64,000 nucleotides of DNA from Nitrosopumilus sp. (GTDB lineage: Archaea; Thermoproteota; Nitrososphaeria; Nitrososphaerales; Nitrosopumilaceae): the NCBI GenBank assembly GCA_965218695.1, contig OZ244651.1, positions 1,568,001 through 1,632,000 on the forward strand. The letters run 5' to 3'. The notes below the pieces were generated by a model. That model did no database searches. It worked only from the letters and a program-made list of their open reading frames with translations, and had not been told where the DNA came from. Positions 18,150 to 28,406 of the stretch are shown here, one piece after another. Made by a program: the position numbers and the translations under genes. Numbering within the stretch: position 1 is the stretch's first letter; each line of letters opens with the position of its first letter.

Positions 18150-19694
18150 GTATGAATTCACCTGTCCTTCCTGTCACAAAAAAATGATCATACTGATCCA
18201 TATGCTGGCAATACACATTACTTTACATGGTAAATTCACGGCACATGAGCAGGGACCAGCTAAAAGAGGAACTCCTAGCACGGAACCGGGAGATTGCCAC
18301 CCTCAAATCCGATCTTGAGAAGGCACTTGGCAGGATAGAACGTCTTGAAAGGGCCTTGGGGTACAGCGAACGCCTCATGACATACTATACAAACCCCAAC
18401 ACGCCGCCCTCATCTGAATCCCTGGAATGGAAGGCCCAGAAGAGGGAGCGGGCAAAAAAACAGGAAAAGGAGGGCAAATCCAAGCGCGGGGGAAGAAAGG
18501 GACACGCGGGGGCGTCGCGCCCCCACGACCCGGAAAGGACCGTATCCCACAGGTTCGGGCGCAGGAAGTCGGGCAGGAGGCGGGTGCCGGTGCTCCCGGA
18601 ATGCGGGTGCGGCGGCGGCGGCGGCCGGATGGCGATTGGCAGTCCGCGCGTGCGGGACATCACGGACATCAGGGTGACTGCGTGCGAGACGCGGCACCGC
18701 GTGGAGACTGCAGTATGCGGCTCATGCGGCCGCAGGGAAGATGCTCCAAACGACCTGCCGCGGCGGGGCAACTTCGGCAAGGGCATGGTCGGACTCGTCT
18801 CAGAACTGCGCGCGGCACGGGTGCCGCTCAAGGGAATCTCGGTCGCGGTGCGCTCCATAACGGGCATTATGCTTGCAGGATCCACCGTCAACAACATCAT
18901 GGCACGCGTCGGGGACGCCTCGGGCCACGAGGCAGGCAGGATCCTCGGGGAAGTGGAGGCTTCTGACTGTGCCGGGTTTGACGAAACCAGCTGGCGAAAC
19001 GACGGCCAGAAGGTACACACAAACGTGGCACAGTCGGGCAAAAACATCGCAATAAACATCAGCCAGAGCAGGGCCACGCTCATGCTCGATGCCATGGACA
19101 AATTTGACGGGGTGGCGATAACTGACGGGTACACCGGATATGACAGGTTTGACAAGGACGGCATGCACCAGTCGTGCTGGGCGCACGACCTCCGGCAGAC
19201 AAGGCACCTGGCAGAAAAATACTGCGCCGTGCCTCCCGAGACCAAACGTGTCCGGCGGCGGCAGCAGCAGCTCCACGAGGACCACAAGTGGGTGTTTGAG
19301 AGGGCAAAACTGCTGGCCGCGCAGGAGGCGCGCTCGCCACAGCTGCGGCATACGATGAACCGCACCATGCAGGACGTGCTTGACCGGTACCGCGATGCCG
19401 GTGGTGGTGGTGACGATGACGACATGCAAAAGGTGCTGGACAAGCTCGAGAGGCACCTGCACCGCATGTTTGCGTTCCTGGAGCATCCCGGCGTCGAGCC
19501 TACAAACAACGCCAGCGAGAGGGCGCTGCGCTACCTGGTGGTGTTCCGCAAGATAAGCGGGCAGACCAAGGGCGGCTCCAAGGCCATGAAGCGCCTTGCA
19601 GATTTTGTCACGTGCGTCCTCACGTGGAGGGCACATGGCAAGAGCGTGGCCGAAGAAGTTGGTCGACTGATATAAGGGGCAGGTGAATTCATAC
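18150..19694 (+). mobile_element. IS66-family element, copy A
   Basis: IR GTATGAATTCACCTG; 8-bp TSD GGTGAAAC. Confidence 0.95.
18227..19675 (+). CDS. IS66 transposase
   Basis: NTPPSS, GFDETSW, ITDGY, HQSCWAHDLR and PTNNASERALR motifs. Confidence 0.93.
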   Translation: MVNSRHMSRDQLKEELLARNREIATLKSDLEKALGRIERLERALGYSERLMTYYTNPNTPPSSESLEWKAQKRERAKKQEKEGKSKRGGRKGHAGASRPHDPERTVSHRFGRRKSGRRRVPVLPECGCGGGGGRMAIGSPRVRDITDIRVTACETRHRVETAVCGSCGRREDAPNDLPRRGNFGKGMVGLVSELRAARVPLKGISVAVRSITGIMLAGSTVNNIMARVGDASGHEAGRILGEVEASDCAGFDETSWRNDGQKVHTNVAQSGKNIAINISQSRATLMLDAMDKFDGVAITDGYTGYDRFDKDGMHQSCWAHDLRQTRHLAEKYCAVPPETKRVRRRQQQLHEDHKWVFERAKLLAAQEARSPQLRHTMNRTMQDVLDRYRDAGGGGDDDDMQKVLDKLERHLHRMFAFLEHPGVEPTNNASERALRYLVVFRKISGQTKGGSKAMKRLADFVTCVLTWRAHGKSVAEEVGRLI

Positions 19695-19807
19695 GGTGAA
19701 ACCACTCGAAGAGTTAACAGAGTGCGGATTATCTGCCATCCACACGGCAGGCTGTGCGCCGGCTGGAACAAATCAATCTTTTTAATCGGCAATGCCTGAT
19801 GTCATGC

Positions 19808-20209
19808 ATGTCGCATCTCTTTACCGTCAGCGAGGCCAACGCGGCGCTGCCTGATGTCATAAAAAAGTTCGAGTACGCCCTGTCATGTAAGAAAGGGGTG
19901 GCAAAATACGAGCAGCAACTGCAAGTCTGCCTCTCAACTACAAACTCCCTTGAGGAGTATGTTGTACTCAAGCAGAAACTGAACTCGGCAGTAACACGGT
20001 TTTACGAGTCCGTTGAGATTCTGGAAAAGACCGGCGTTGTAGTCAAGAGCATAGATCAGGGCCTTCTTGACTTTCCCTCAAGCAGGTTCGACCAGGAGGT
20101 CTGGCTGTGCTGGAAGTATGGCGAGACTGAGATACGGTTCTGGCATGAAAAGGACTCCAGCTTTATGGGAAGAAAGCCCCTTGAGGTAAGCGACGAGTCC
20201 CTGGTGTGA
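19808..20209 (+). CDS. DUF2203-family protein
   Basis: FTVSEANAALP...GLLDFPS...VWLCWKYGETEIRFWH...GRKPL. Confidence 0.82.
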   Translation: MSHLFTVSEANAALPDVIKKFEYALSCKKGVAKYEQQLQVCLSTTNSLEEYVVLKQKLNSAVTRFYESVEILEKTGVVVKSIDQGLLDFPSSRFDQEVWLCWKYGETEIRFWHEKDSSFMGRKPLEVSDESLV

Positions 20210-20288
20210 ATGCCGGTTGCAATCTGCATGCATCGTGGAATGCCGGCCCTTATGCACTGCAGACTCGGACGGCCCCCCCGCCCTGCAA

Positions 20289-20513
20289 TCACTGGTGCCG
20301 GTTTCTTCTCCTGCCGACCCTCTTTTTGTCCCTGCATATTCCACAGAGATAGTCCCTTTTGAACGCCTGAATCTCTGCGGCAAATGCGTCACTGCCGTAA
20401 AATCTCTCTGAGACTGTCACGCCCCCGGGAACGCCCTTTTTGCAGCTGCTGCAGCGTATCTCCAGATCGAGTCTCACCACCGGCTCGCCGTCTGACACCC
20501 TTCCAAGAATCAT
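20289..20513 (-). CDS. Small Cys-motif hypothetical protein
   Basis: CSSCKKGVPGG...FKRDYLCGICRD. Start uncertain. Confidence 0.55.
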   Translation of the reverse strand: MILGRVSDGEPVVRLDLEIRCSSCKKGVPGGVTVSERFYGSDAFAAEIQAFKRDYLCGICRDKKRVGRRRNRHQ

Positions 20514-20602
20514 ACACCGGTTTGGGCCTGTCAGGCTATAAACACAGACATGCCGGATCCAAAACTCATGAATATTATGTCCAAGAATGGATGTTGATTC
20601 AA

Positions 20603-21487
20603 ATGCTGTCTGTCTGGTTCCGTGTGATCCGTGTTCGCTTCCTTCTGGCCTCTGTGATCGCAGTATCTGCCGGATTGGCGCTTAGCTGGTGGCAGAACCT
20701 GGCAATAAGCCCGTTTGATGCTGCCCTGACATTTGCAGGCGTCATGGCCCTTCATGCGAGTGTGGACCTGTTTAACGACTACTGGGACTTTAAGCGTGGA
20801 ATCGACACGATTACGAAGCGGACCTCCATGAGCGGCGGCACCGGGGTACTGCCTGAGGGCCTGCTTGAGGCATCTTCTGTGTACCGTGCAGGCATCATAT
20901 TCCTTGTAATAGGCACTGCCATAGGGGGATACTTTGTCCTCACCGACGGCGTGGTGATTGCCGTGATTCTTGGATTTGCAGTCCTGTCCATCTACTTTTA
21001 CTCCACAAAGATCGTCGATTCCGGTCTGGGCGAGTTTTTTGTTGCCCTCAAGGGCTCCCTGATTGCCATCGGAGCCTTTTATATCCAGTCCGGACAGATT
21101 ACAGTCGAATCAGTCCTGGTGGGGGCCGCCGTAGGCTCCCTGTCATCGCTGGTGCTCTTTGTTGCCTCCTTTGCTGATCACGACGCTGACAAGGCCAAGG
21201 GAAGAAAGACCCTGGTGATAGCTGCCGGCCGGAACAAGGCACCTGTCCTCTTTTGGATATTTCCGGCAGTCTCGTACTGTGCCATAATCTCCGGCGTGTC
21301 TGTCGGCCTGCTTCCTGCCTCATCCCTTGTCAGCCTTCTGGGACTGCCGCTGATGGTAAAGTCAGGAATCGGTCTGGGAAGGAGACACGACACCGTAGAG
21401 GATCTGATGCCGTCAATGTCCTCCACGCTGCTATCCAGCCGGATCACGGGCACACTGCTTGTTGCAGGACTCCTGATTGGACTCTAG
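20603..21487 (+). CDS. UbiA/MenA-family prenyltransferase
   Basis: NDYWDFKRGID and DHDADKAKGRKTL Asp-rich motifs; multiple TM helices. Confidence 0.88.
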   Translation: MLSVWFRVIRVRFLLASVIAVSAGLALSWWQNLAISPFDAALTFAGVMALHASVDLFNDYWDFKRGIDTITKRTSMSGGTGVLPEGLLEASSVYRAGIIFLVIGTAIGGYFVLTDGVVIAVILGFAVLSIYFYSTKIVDSGLGEFFVALKGSLIAIGAFYIQSGQITVESVLVGAAVGSLSSLVLFVASFADHDADKAKGRKTLVIAAGRNKAPVLFWIFPAVSYCAIISGVSVGLLPASSLVSLLGLPLMVKSGIGLGRRHDTVEDLMPSMSSTLLSSRITGTLLVAGLLIGL

Positions 21488-21517
21488 ACATAAATTTGAG
21501 CGGCTGTGATCTGTTGC

Positions 21518-22630
21518 ATGATCCCCGGTTCTGCAACACCTGAAGGAACAAGAAAGTTTGCCATTGACTCTGGCGTGAACCAGGCCAACTTCAAGGTGTT
21601 TGAAGACCTTACCCTGTCAAACGTCGGCATCGGTACATACCTTGGTGATGCAGATTCCAGGACAGACGATCTGGTCTCTGCTGCAGTCAGGCAGTCTGTA
21701 GTCTCAGGCGTCAACGTGATAGACACTGCAATCAACTACAGATCCCAAAAGGCCGAGCGTTCTGTCAGAAAGGCAGTATCCGAGCTTGTCCAGGACGGGG
21801 TGATCTCGCGCGACCAGATATTCATCTCCACCAAGAACGGATATGTCACAAATGACGCTGACGTGCAGATGGGCTTCTGGGAGTACGTCCGGAGGGAGTA
21901 TGTTCAAAGTGGTGTCGTCGGTGAGGGCGACATCACGTCAGGATACCACTGCATGACTCCTGCGTACATGTCTGATCAGCTGGACAGAAGCCTGAAGAAT
22001 CTTGGGCTGGAGTGTGTTGATCTGATGTATGTTCACAACGCCGTAGAGGGCCAGATAAAGGACGTATCCCGGGATCAGTTCCTAAGGAATCTGGAATCCG
22101 TATTTGAGCTGTACGAGCAGAAGCGGGATGAGGGAAAGCTGGCCTTTTACGGAATGGCCACATGGGAGTGCTTCCGGGTTCCACGGAACGACCCGCAGCA
22201 TCTCCAGCTTGGGGATGTCCTGGAGATGGCGGCAAGGGCAGGCGGAAAGAATCACGGATTCCGCTTCATCCAGATGCCATTTAACATGTATTATGACCAG
22301 GCGCTTCTTGCAAAGACCCAGCAGGCCGGGGGCGCAGACGTATCTACGCTGGAGGCTGCAAGGATTCTGGGAATGGGGGTCTTTACCAGCGTGCCATTCA
22401 TGCAGGGACGGCTGCTTCAGCCCGGGGTGATGCCCGGGGTGATGCCCAAGTTTGACAGACTCAAGCCCTCGCTGCGCGCACTGCAGTTAATACGTTCGAC
22501 TCCAGGCGTTCTAGCCCCACTGGCAGGCCAAAAGCTCCCGGAACACGTATCTGAAAACCTTGAAGTCATGAAGATCCCGCCGTTTACAGAAGACGAGTTT
22601 CTTGGCATCATCAAAAAGCTTACCTCATAG
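21518..22630 (+). CDS. Aldo/keto reductase
   Basis: GIGTY, IDTAINY, IFISTKNG and SLKNLGLECVDLMYVHN motifs. Confidence 0.9.
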   Translation: MIPGSATPEGTRKFAIDSGVNQANFKVFEDLTLSNVGIGTYLGDADSRTDDLVSAAVRQSVVSGVNVIDTAINYRSQKAERSVRKAVSELVQDGVISRDQIFISTKNGYVTNDADVQMGFWEYVRREYVQSGVVGEGDITSGYHCMTPAYMSDQLDRSLKNLGLECVDLMYVHNAVEGQIKDVSRDQFLRNLESVFELYEQKRDEGKLAFYGMATWECFRVPRNDPQHLQLGDVLEMAARAGGKNHGFRFIQMPFNMYYDQALLAKTQQAGGADVSTLEAARILGMGVFTSVPFMQGRLLQPGVMPGVMPKFDRLKPSLRALQLIRSTPGVLAPLAGQKLPEHVSENLEVMKIPPFTEDEFLGIIKKLTS

Positions 22631-22675
22631 GCGTTGTGCCGTGTAAAGATAATAAGTGGCATATTTTTTACTAGT

Positions 22676-23047
22676 ATGAGATTGGCCGGAAAAATTTATG
22701 ACTATGCTAAAATCTGCGACTCCGTAATGTCCGTTGATCCAAAGATCCGGTTTGCCGGCGTGATTAATGAGCGGGGCAGGCTTGTAGCAGGGGGAATGAA
22801 GGAGAACATCAAGTCGCTCGAGGATGAGCGGGATGACGAGATGATCTTCATGGAGCTTGCACTGCGTGTAAAGATGAGAAAAGAGTTTGACGAGCAGCTC
22901 GGCACTGTAAAATTTGCCATGGCCCTGCGTGAGAGGATACTTGCAATCAGCGTCCTGATTAACGACGACATCCTGTATGCAGTCTTTGAGCCTGATGCCG
23001 ATTACGGACTACTCCCAAACAAGATTCTGGATATCGTCAATTCCTGA
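22676..23047 (+). CDS. DUF6659/roadblock-like thaumarchaeal protein
   Basis: KIRFAGVINERGRLVAGGMK...LALRVKMRKEFDEQLG. Confidence 0.72.
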   Translation: MRLAGKIYDYAKICDSVMSVDPKIRFAGVINERGRLVAGGMKENIKSLEDERDDEMIFMELALRVKMRKEFDEQLGTVKFAMALRERILAISVLINDDILYAVFEPDADYGLLPNKILDIVNS

Positions 23048-23324
23048 CCAGGCGTGCCAGCCCGTCTGGCTTTTGCAGGCGACTGTTTTAAGAGAAATTC
23101 AGTTGGATACTGCTGCCGGTTCCCTCGAAATTAGACTCTCCTGCATCATCGGCTGGTGGTGCAAATTCAGGATCTTCTTCAGATTTACTTGCCTGTTTTG
23201 CGCGTCATTATATCGCTCCCATTAAACCATGATCTTCTAGGGGGTGTCTGCCTCGTTGTGATGGACAATCCCAGTCATTGCCATGACATGCATTGACGGT
23301 ACCGTCCATCGCGCCGGGGTCAGT

Positions 23325-23573
23325 CTAGACTGCTGCTGCTGCATTGCTGATGAGGGTGATCTGTCTGTCTGCCTGTCTGCCTGTTCCGGATACGATGATC
23401 CCCGCGGCCTCTGCAGGCGTCATTTTGCCAATGTTCCCGTGGGGGCGGAAAAAGCTGTGGTGGACGATCACCAGCCGCACCAGCGCGGGGCTTTCTGCCC
23501 CGAACCCACAGACTGTCTGTGACCGGCACCCACGAGGCGGTTCCGGCAAGGAATCTACCGTTTCTGTAATCAA
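23325..23573 (-). pseudogene. C-terminal remnant of an IS6-like transposase
   Basis: HHSFFRPHGNIGKMTPAEAAGI resembles HDFLNPHSGLPGNITPAEAAGI in the 7969-11591 transposase. Confidence 0.65.
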
Positions 23574-23795
23574 AAACGAGAAACGCCTGACAGACTACAA
23601 CTACATGCCAAAGCCGATACATGAAAGACTTGGCAATCCTAGCAAACTAGAGTTTGTCATTTTCCTGCGATGACATATGGTGCGCAGGCCAGACTAGTGA
23701 ATCCGGAGAGGATCCTGAATTTGCACCACCAACCGATGATGCAGGAGCACCGCAGGCAAGAAAATCTTTTAAGATAAAGCCACAGCCAGTAATGT

Positions 23796-24551
23796 ATGTC
23801 CATATTGTCGATCTCAGGAATCAAGAAGAGTTTTGATGGCAACAAGGTACTTGATGGAATCGACCTAGAACTTGATGCCGGAAAGATATACCAATTAATC
23901 GGGCCCAACGGCTGTGGCAAGACTACACTAATCAACATAATAACAGGGCTTCTTAAACCGGATGAAGGCAAGATCACCTTTGAGGGCCGGGATATTACAC
24001 ACAAGGGACTATTTGATACATACAATGCCGGTCTGATTCGGACATGGCAGACGCCCCAACCATTCAGGGATCTCACTACCTTGGAGAACTTTCTGGTGGC
24101 AGGTCCATGCAACGCAGGCGAGTCGTTCGTATATGCTCCGGCAAGGCCAAAGTGGAGAAATGATGAAGAGAGGCTATTAAAGATGACAGAAGAGGTAAGT
24201 TCCAAGATCAAACTCTTTGACAAGAGCATGACGCTGAGTGGCAATCTCAGCGGCGGACAGCAAAAGCTTTTGGAGCTTGGGAAGACAATGATGTCAGGTG
24301 CCAAGTTGGTCATGCTTGATGAGCCCATTGCAGGCGTCAATCCCAAGCTGGCAGTAGACATATTTGAGAGGATCGTAGAAACATGCAGAAGCGAGGGAAT
24401 CACATTCCTGTTTATAGAACACAGACTAGACATTGCCCTTAGTTATACAGACAAGGTATTTGCATTGAATCAGGGCAAGGTTATTGCACAAGGGACATCA
24501 GAGGAGGTCATGAACCATCCGGAGGTCATCGAATCCTATCTGGGGGTATGA
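23796..24551 (+). CDS. ABC transporter ATP-binding protein, LivG-like
   Basis: GPNGCGKTT, LSGGQQKLLE, LDEP, IEH and VIESYLG motifs. Confidence 0.9.
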   Translation: MSILSISGIKKSFDGNKVLDGIDLELDAGKIYQLIGPNGCGKTTLINIITGLLKPDEGKITFEGRDITHKGLFDTYNAGLIRTWQTPQPFRDLTTLENFLVAGPCNAGESFVYAPARPKWRNDEERLLKMTEEVSSKIKLFDKSMTLSGNLSGGQQKLLELGKTMMSGAKLVMLDEPIAGVNPKLAVDIFERIVETCRSEGITFLFIEHRLDIALSYTDKVFALNQGKVIAQGTSEEVMNHPEVIESYLGV

Positions 24552-25342
24552 GACAGGGCATGAGTAATGAGATGATGCATCCACCGATGAGCCCATCATC
24601 AGAGACCGACAGTAAACAGAACACAAACAAGGTCATTGTGCGTATAAAGGACCTGCACGCAGGATACGTCAACACCCACATCATATTCGGAGTGGATTTT
24701 GAGGCCGTTCACAACAAGATAACAGTGATAGTCGGACCCAACGGATGCGGCAAGAGTACCCTGCTAAAGAGCATATTTGGCATTACAGACGTTTATTCCG
24801 GCGAGATCGCATACAAAGACAAGATCATTACAGGTCTTGCACCGCATGTCATTGCAAGAAAGAGGGTAGCATATCTGCCACAGGTGGACAACGTCTTTGC
24901 AAATCTGTCCATCAGGGAGAATCTGGTAATGGCAAGCTACACGCTTGATTCCAAGACATTCCATGAGAGGCTTCCGAGGATCTTTAAGATGTTTCCAGTG
25001 CTTGAATCCCGCAACGACAAAGCAAAGAAACTCAGCGGAGGACAGCGTCAGATGCTTGCAATGGCCATGGCCCTGATAAGGGAACCGGAGACTCTTCTCT
25101 TTGACGAACCCACAGCTAGTCTCTCACCAAAGCTTGCAGCAGAGGTACTTGATAAGATAGTCCAGATACGTGACGAGTTTGGCCTCACAGTCATTCTTGT
25201 AGAACAAAACGTCAAGCAGGCATTAAAGATTGGCGATACGGTATACCTGATGGCAAACGGCAAGAATGTATACAACGGGAGTGCAAGCGAGCTGCTTGAA
25301 AACGAGGATCTTGGCAGCCTGTATCTGGGTGTCAAGAACTGA
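24548..25342 (+). CDS. ABC transporter ATP-binding protein, LivF-like
   Basis: GPNGCGKST, LSGGQRQMLA, DEPTASLSP and LVEQN motifs. Confidence 0.9.
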   Translation: MRQGMSNEMMHPPMSPSSETDSKQNTNKVIVRIKDLHAGYVNTHIIFGVDFEAVHNKITVIVGPNGCGKSTLLKSIFGITDVYSGEIAYKDKIITGLAPHVIARKRVAYLPQVDNVFANLSIRENLVMASYTLDSKTFHERLPRIFKMFPVLESRNDKAKKLSGGQRQMLAMAMALIREPETLLFDEPTASLSPKLAAEVLDKIVQIRDEFGLTVILVEQNVKQALKIGDTVYLMANGKNVYNGSASELLENEDLGSLYLGVKN

Positions 25343-25675
25343 CAGTGCCGAATTTCCACGGGCACGAGTCATAACCAGTTTCACAGACCTGCCTGAAACC
25401 ATATGAAACATGTCATCCTAGTCGACCACCAGGCATGTCCAGAACAGTCATCATATCAGTCATGACCGGCAGAATATCAACAACTTTTGTTCAATGCGTT
25501 GGGATTGACATGGAGTTGGGGTGGACGCTGAAATCTGCCAGACCAGAATCCGTACTGCAACGCCTCGATAAGTAATCGTGCAATGACACGACATACTGGT
25601 CTTGAGGAGCAGCCATTCTGTCCGCTACTACGTAAGGACTAAATCGTTAAATCGCAATCACGCCATCACACCCAC

Positions 25676-26305
25676 ATGGAAAAGAGTGTTCAGATTCTGC
25701 AGGGCATCGTATCGAGGAAGGGCTCAAGCAAGATGCTTACGTTTGGAATTCCCCATGTCTTCAAGGCACTTCAGATACTCTCAGGGAGTGACTTTGTCAG
25801 CAGGTCCGCTCTTGGAAGGGAGACCCATCTTGGCGACGGGGCAGTAAGGACGCTGATAGTGCACCTAAGGGAGGCAGGCATGATAGGTACGGTCAGGGCA
25901 GGAAACCATCTGACTGAGAAGGGACTGAAGATATCAGGACGCATTCAGAGGATCATCTCCGGGGAATGCAGAATCAGCCGGTGCAGTCTGGCCCCTGGCA
26001 GGAGTAACCATGCAATAATCCTCAAGGGATACTCGGGTGCACTAAGATCAGGAATCGAGCAGAGGGACTACGCAATAATGTATGGCTCTACAGGGTGCGT
26101 TACCATCACATACAGGGGCGGCATGTTCGTGTTTCCAGGAGACGGCAGAGACTGTCTCAGGGGAGACCCGGAGACGAGGCATGTACTCTGCAGGAGTCTG
26201 AATCCCGAGGAAGGCGACGTAATCATCATCTCGTCGTCGGATGACGAGTTTACAGCAGAGATCTCTGCAAAGAACTCCGCCCTGCAGACATTAGCTGCAG
26301 GCTAG
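25676..26305 (+). CDS. Winged-helix protein, DUF4443-like
   Basis: N-terminal HTH SRSALGRETHLGDGAVRTLIVHL; GIEQRDYAI motif. Confidence 0.65.
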   Translation: MEKSVQILQGIVSRKGSSKMLTFGIPHVFKALQILSGSDFVSRSALGRETHLGDGAVRTLIVHLREAGMIGTVRAGNHLTEKGLKISGRIQRIISGECRISRCSLAPGRSNHAIILKGYSGALRSGIEQRDYAIMYGSTGCVTITYRGGMFVFPGDGRDCLRGDPETRHVLCRSLNPEEGDVIIISSSDDEFTAEISAKNSALQTLAAG

Positions 26306-26579
26306 GGTGCGCCCGGATATGGTGGCAGATGTTTGCACGGCCCACGCAATCACAAAAGATCCAACCACGTTCATCGCAGACGGAGACGCAAACGCGGGTA
26401 AAACACACCCTTTCGTGGCCTTGGGGCCCGGGCCAGACGGCGCGTGTGATGCGATGGTGAGGGGATCCCCCGGCGGCACGGCACGGCTAGTCGATGCCTG
26501 CCCGATGCGAAAGGATGCGTGCCTGCGCACCGATTGCACATAAGGTCTTTAATGTGCAGACATGCAGGAAAACCCACAA

Positions 26580-27860
26580 ATGACAAAGATCAATATAAAA
26601 AAACTGGATTCAGTCAAAATCTACAAGATTAGAAAGATTCTTGACGAGTTGTCGCAAAAATCGGGCAGGGGAACCGAACTCATCACAGTCTACATCCCCA
26701 AAAGCAAGCAGCTTCACGAGATCATAAACTCGCTGCAGCAGGAACAGGGTACAGCAGACAACATAAAGTCGGATCTGACAAGAACGCACGTGGTGGGATC
26801 CCTGGGAAAGGTAGTCCAGAAGCTCAAGATGTATAAAAAGACCCCCGAGAAGGGACTGGTGATATTCTGTGGCGCGCTGCCGCCGGAGGGGGGCTGCCCC
26901 CTTGGGGGCGAGGTTCTCCAGGTATGGGTAATTGACCCTCCCAAGGATCTAAACCAGTATCTGTACAGGTGTGATGATCATTTTCATGTGGATATTCTAA
27001 AGGACATGCTAAAAGATGACAACCTCATCGGGTTTCTGGCAATTGACGCAAAGGATGCAGGATGGGGGCTTCTTCACGGTGACAAAATCGAGGTGCTTGA
27101 CCAGACAGGTTCAGGCGTTGCAGGAAAGCACAGGCAGGGCGGCCAGTCTGCAAAGAGGTTTCAAAAGCTCAGGGAGATGGAGCTGACGTACTACTTTAAC
27201 AGGGTGGCTGCAACCACAAAGGAGTACTTTATCGACATCTATCCGGTCAAGGGCCTGATCGTGTCAGGTCCCGGACCCACCAAGGAGGACTTCATCAACG
27301 GCAACTATCTGGAGTACAGGCTGCAGGACATGATACTGTCTACAATCGACTCGTCATACTCGGGATCAGAGGGCGTGAGGGAGGCGTTTGTAAAGTCTGC
27401 AGACATCCTCTCTGACTTTAGAATGGTCGAGGAGGGCAAGCTGGTAGCGGATCTGTTCAAGGAGATAAACTCGCACTCGGGGCTTGGCTCATACGGGCTG
27501 GGGGATGTAATCGGATACCTGAAGAACAACGTAGTCAGCACGCTGATCATCACTGACAATACCGGCCTGCACAGGGTCGAGGGCAAGTGCAGAAGATGCC
27601 AACACGCTCAGGAGGAGATCATCGAACGATCCCAGGTGATTCCAAAAAAGACAGAGTACACAGGCAGTCCGTGTCCGGGCTGCGCTGCAATGGAGGTTGT
27701 GGCAACAGAACAGGACATTGTGGACTATTTGGAGCTTCTGGCATCCCAGACCGGCGCCAAGCTGGAGATAATATCCGGGGTTGCCGAACACGGAAACATG
27801 CTTGCAAGCCTGGGAAATATAGGCGCGATCCTAAGATACAACCCGGGCCACTCTAGCTGA
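26580..27860 (+). CDS. prf1: Archaeal peptide chain release factor aRF1
   Basis: GRGTELITVYIP, NIKS, YRCDDHF, GKHRQGGQSAKRF and GAILRY motifs. Confidence 0.97.
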   Translation: MTKINIKKLDSVKIYKIRKILDELSQKSGRGTELITVYIPKSKQLHEIINSLQQEQGTADNIKSDLTRTHVVGSLGKVVQKLKMYKKTPEKGLVIFCGALPPEGGCPLGGEVLQVWVIDPPKDLNQYLYRCDDHFHVDILKDMLKDDNLIGFLAIDAKDAGWGLLHGDKIEVLDQTGSGVAGKHRQGGQSAKRFQKLREMELTYYFNRVAATTKEYFIDIYPVKGLIVSGPGPTKEDFINGNYLEYRLQDMILSTIDSSYSGSEGVREAFVKSADILSDFRMVEEGKLVADLFKEINSHSGLGSYGLGDVIGYLKNNVVSTLIITDNTGLHRVEGKCRRCQHAQEEIIERSQVIPKKTEYTGSPCPGCAAMEVVATEQDIVDYLELLASQTGAKLEIISGVAEHGNMLASLGNIGAILRYNPGHSS

Positions 27861-28266
27861 GGATGCTGCGGATCCTTTGCGCAAGGTCTGCCAGCTCTGC
27901 ATCATCAGGAATGCTGCGTTTTGTCCAGACCGAGCCCCTGCTGTTGTATCGGGGAATTATGTGTATGTGGACATGCGGGACTATCTGCTTTGCTGCCCGG
28001 CCGTTGTTCTGGCCCACGCTAAAGGCGTCTGCGCCGGCAGCCTCTAGGACTGCGCCGGCGATCCTTGGAACCAGTGAAAATATCCTGCCCACTGCCTCGG
28101 AGGTCATGTCAGTGATCCTTTCGTGGTGGCTACGCGGTATTATCAGGCTGTGGCCCACATCAATCGGATACTTGTCCAGCAGCGCGACGTGGTCCTCGTC
28201 AGAGTACAGCACGTGTCCGTCCAATCTTCCTGCAAGGATATCGCAGAATATGCAGTCCATCGTCAT
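27853..28266 (-). CDS. HIT-family protein
   Basis: DCIFC, GHSLIIP and VPHVHIHIIPR motifs. Confidence 0.93.
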   Translation of the reverse strand: MTMDCIFCDILAGRLDGHVLYSDEDHVALLDKYPIDVGHSLIIPRSHHERITDMTSEAVGRIFSLVPRIAGAVLEAAGADAFSVGQNNGRAAKQIVPHVHIHIIPRYNSRGSVWTKRSIPDDAELADLAQRIRSILS

Positions 28267-28406
28267 GTTCAAAGGGCAATTTTATTTATTGTTTTAAGAT
28301 GGATTTGATGTTGTCGCCAGGATGCCCGTGAAGAATTCCATGAGGAGGCATCTCCCGGCCATACTCCGAATGGTTAATTAGTGCAAATTTTTGAATTAGA
28401 CTAGTC

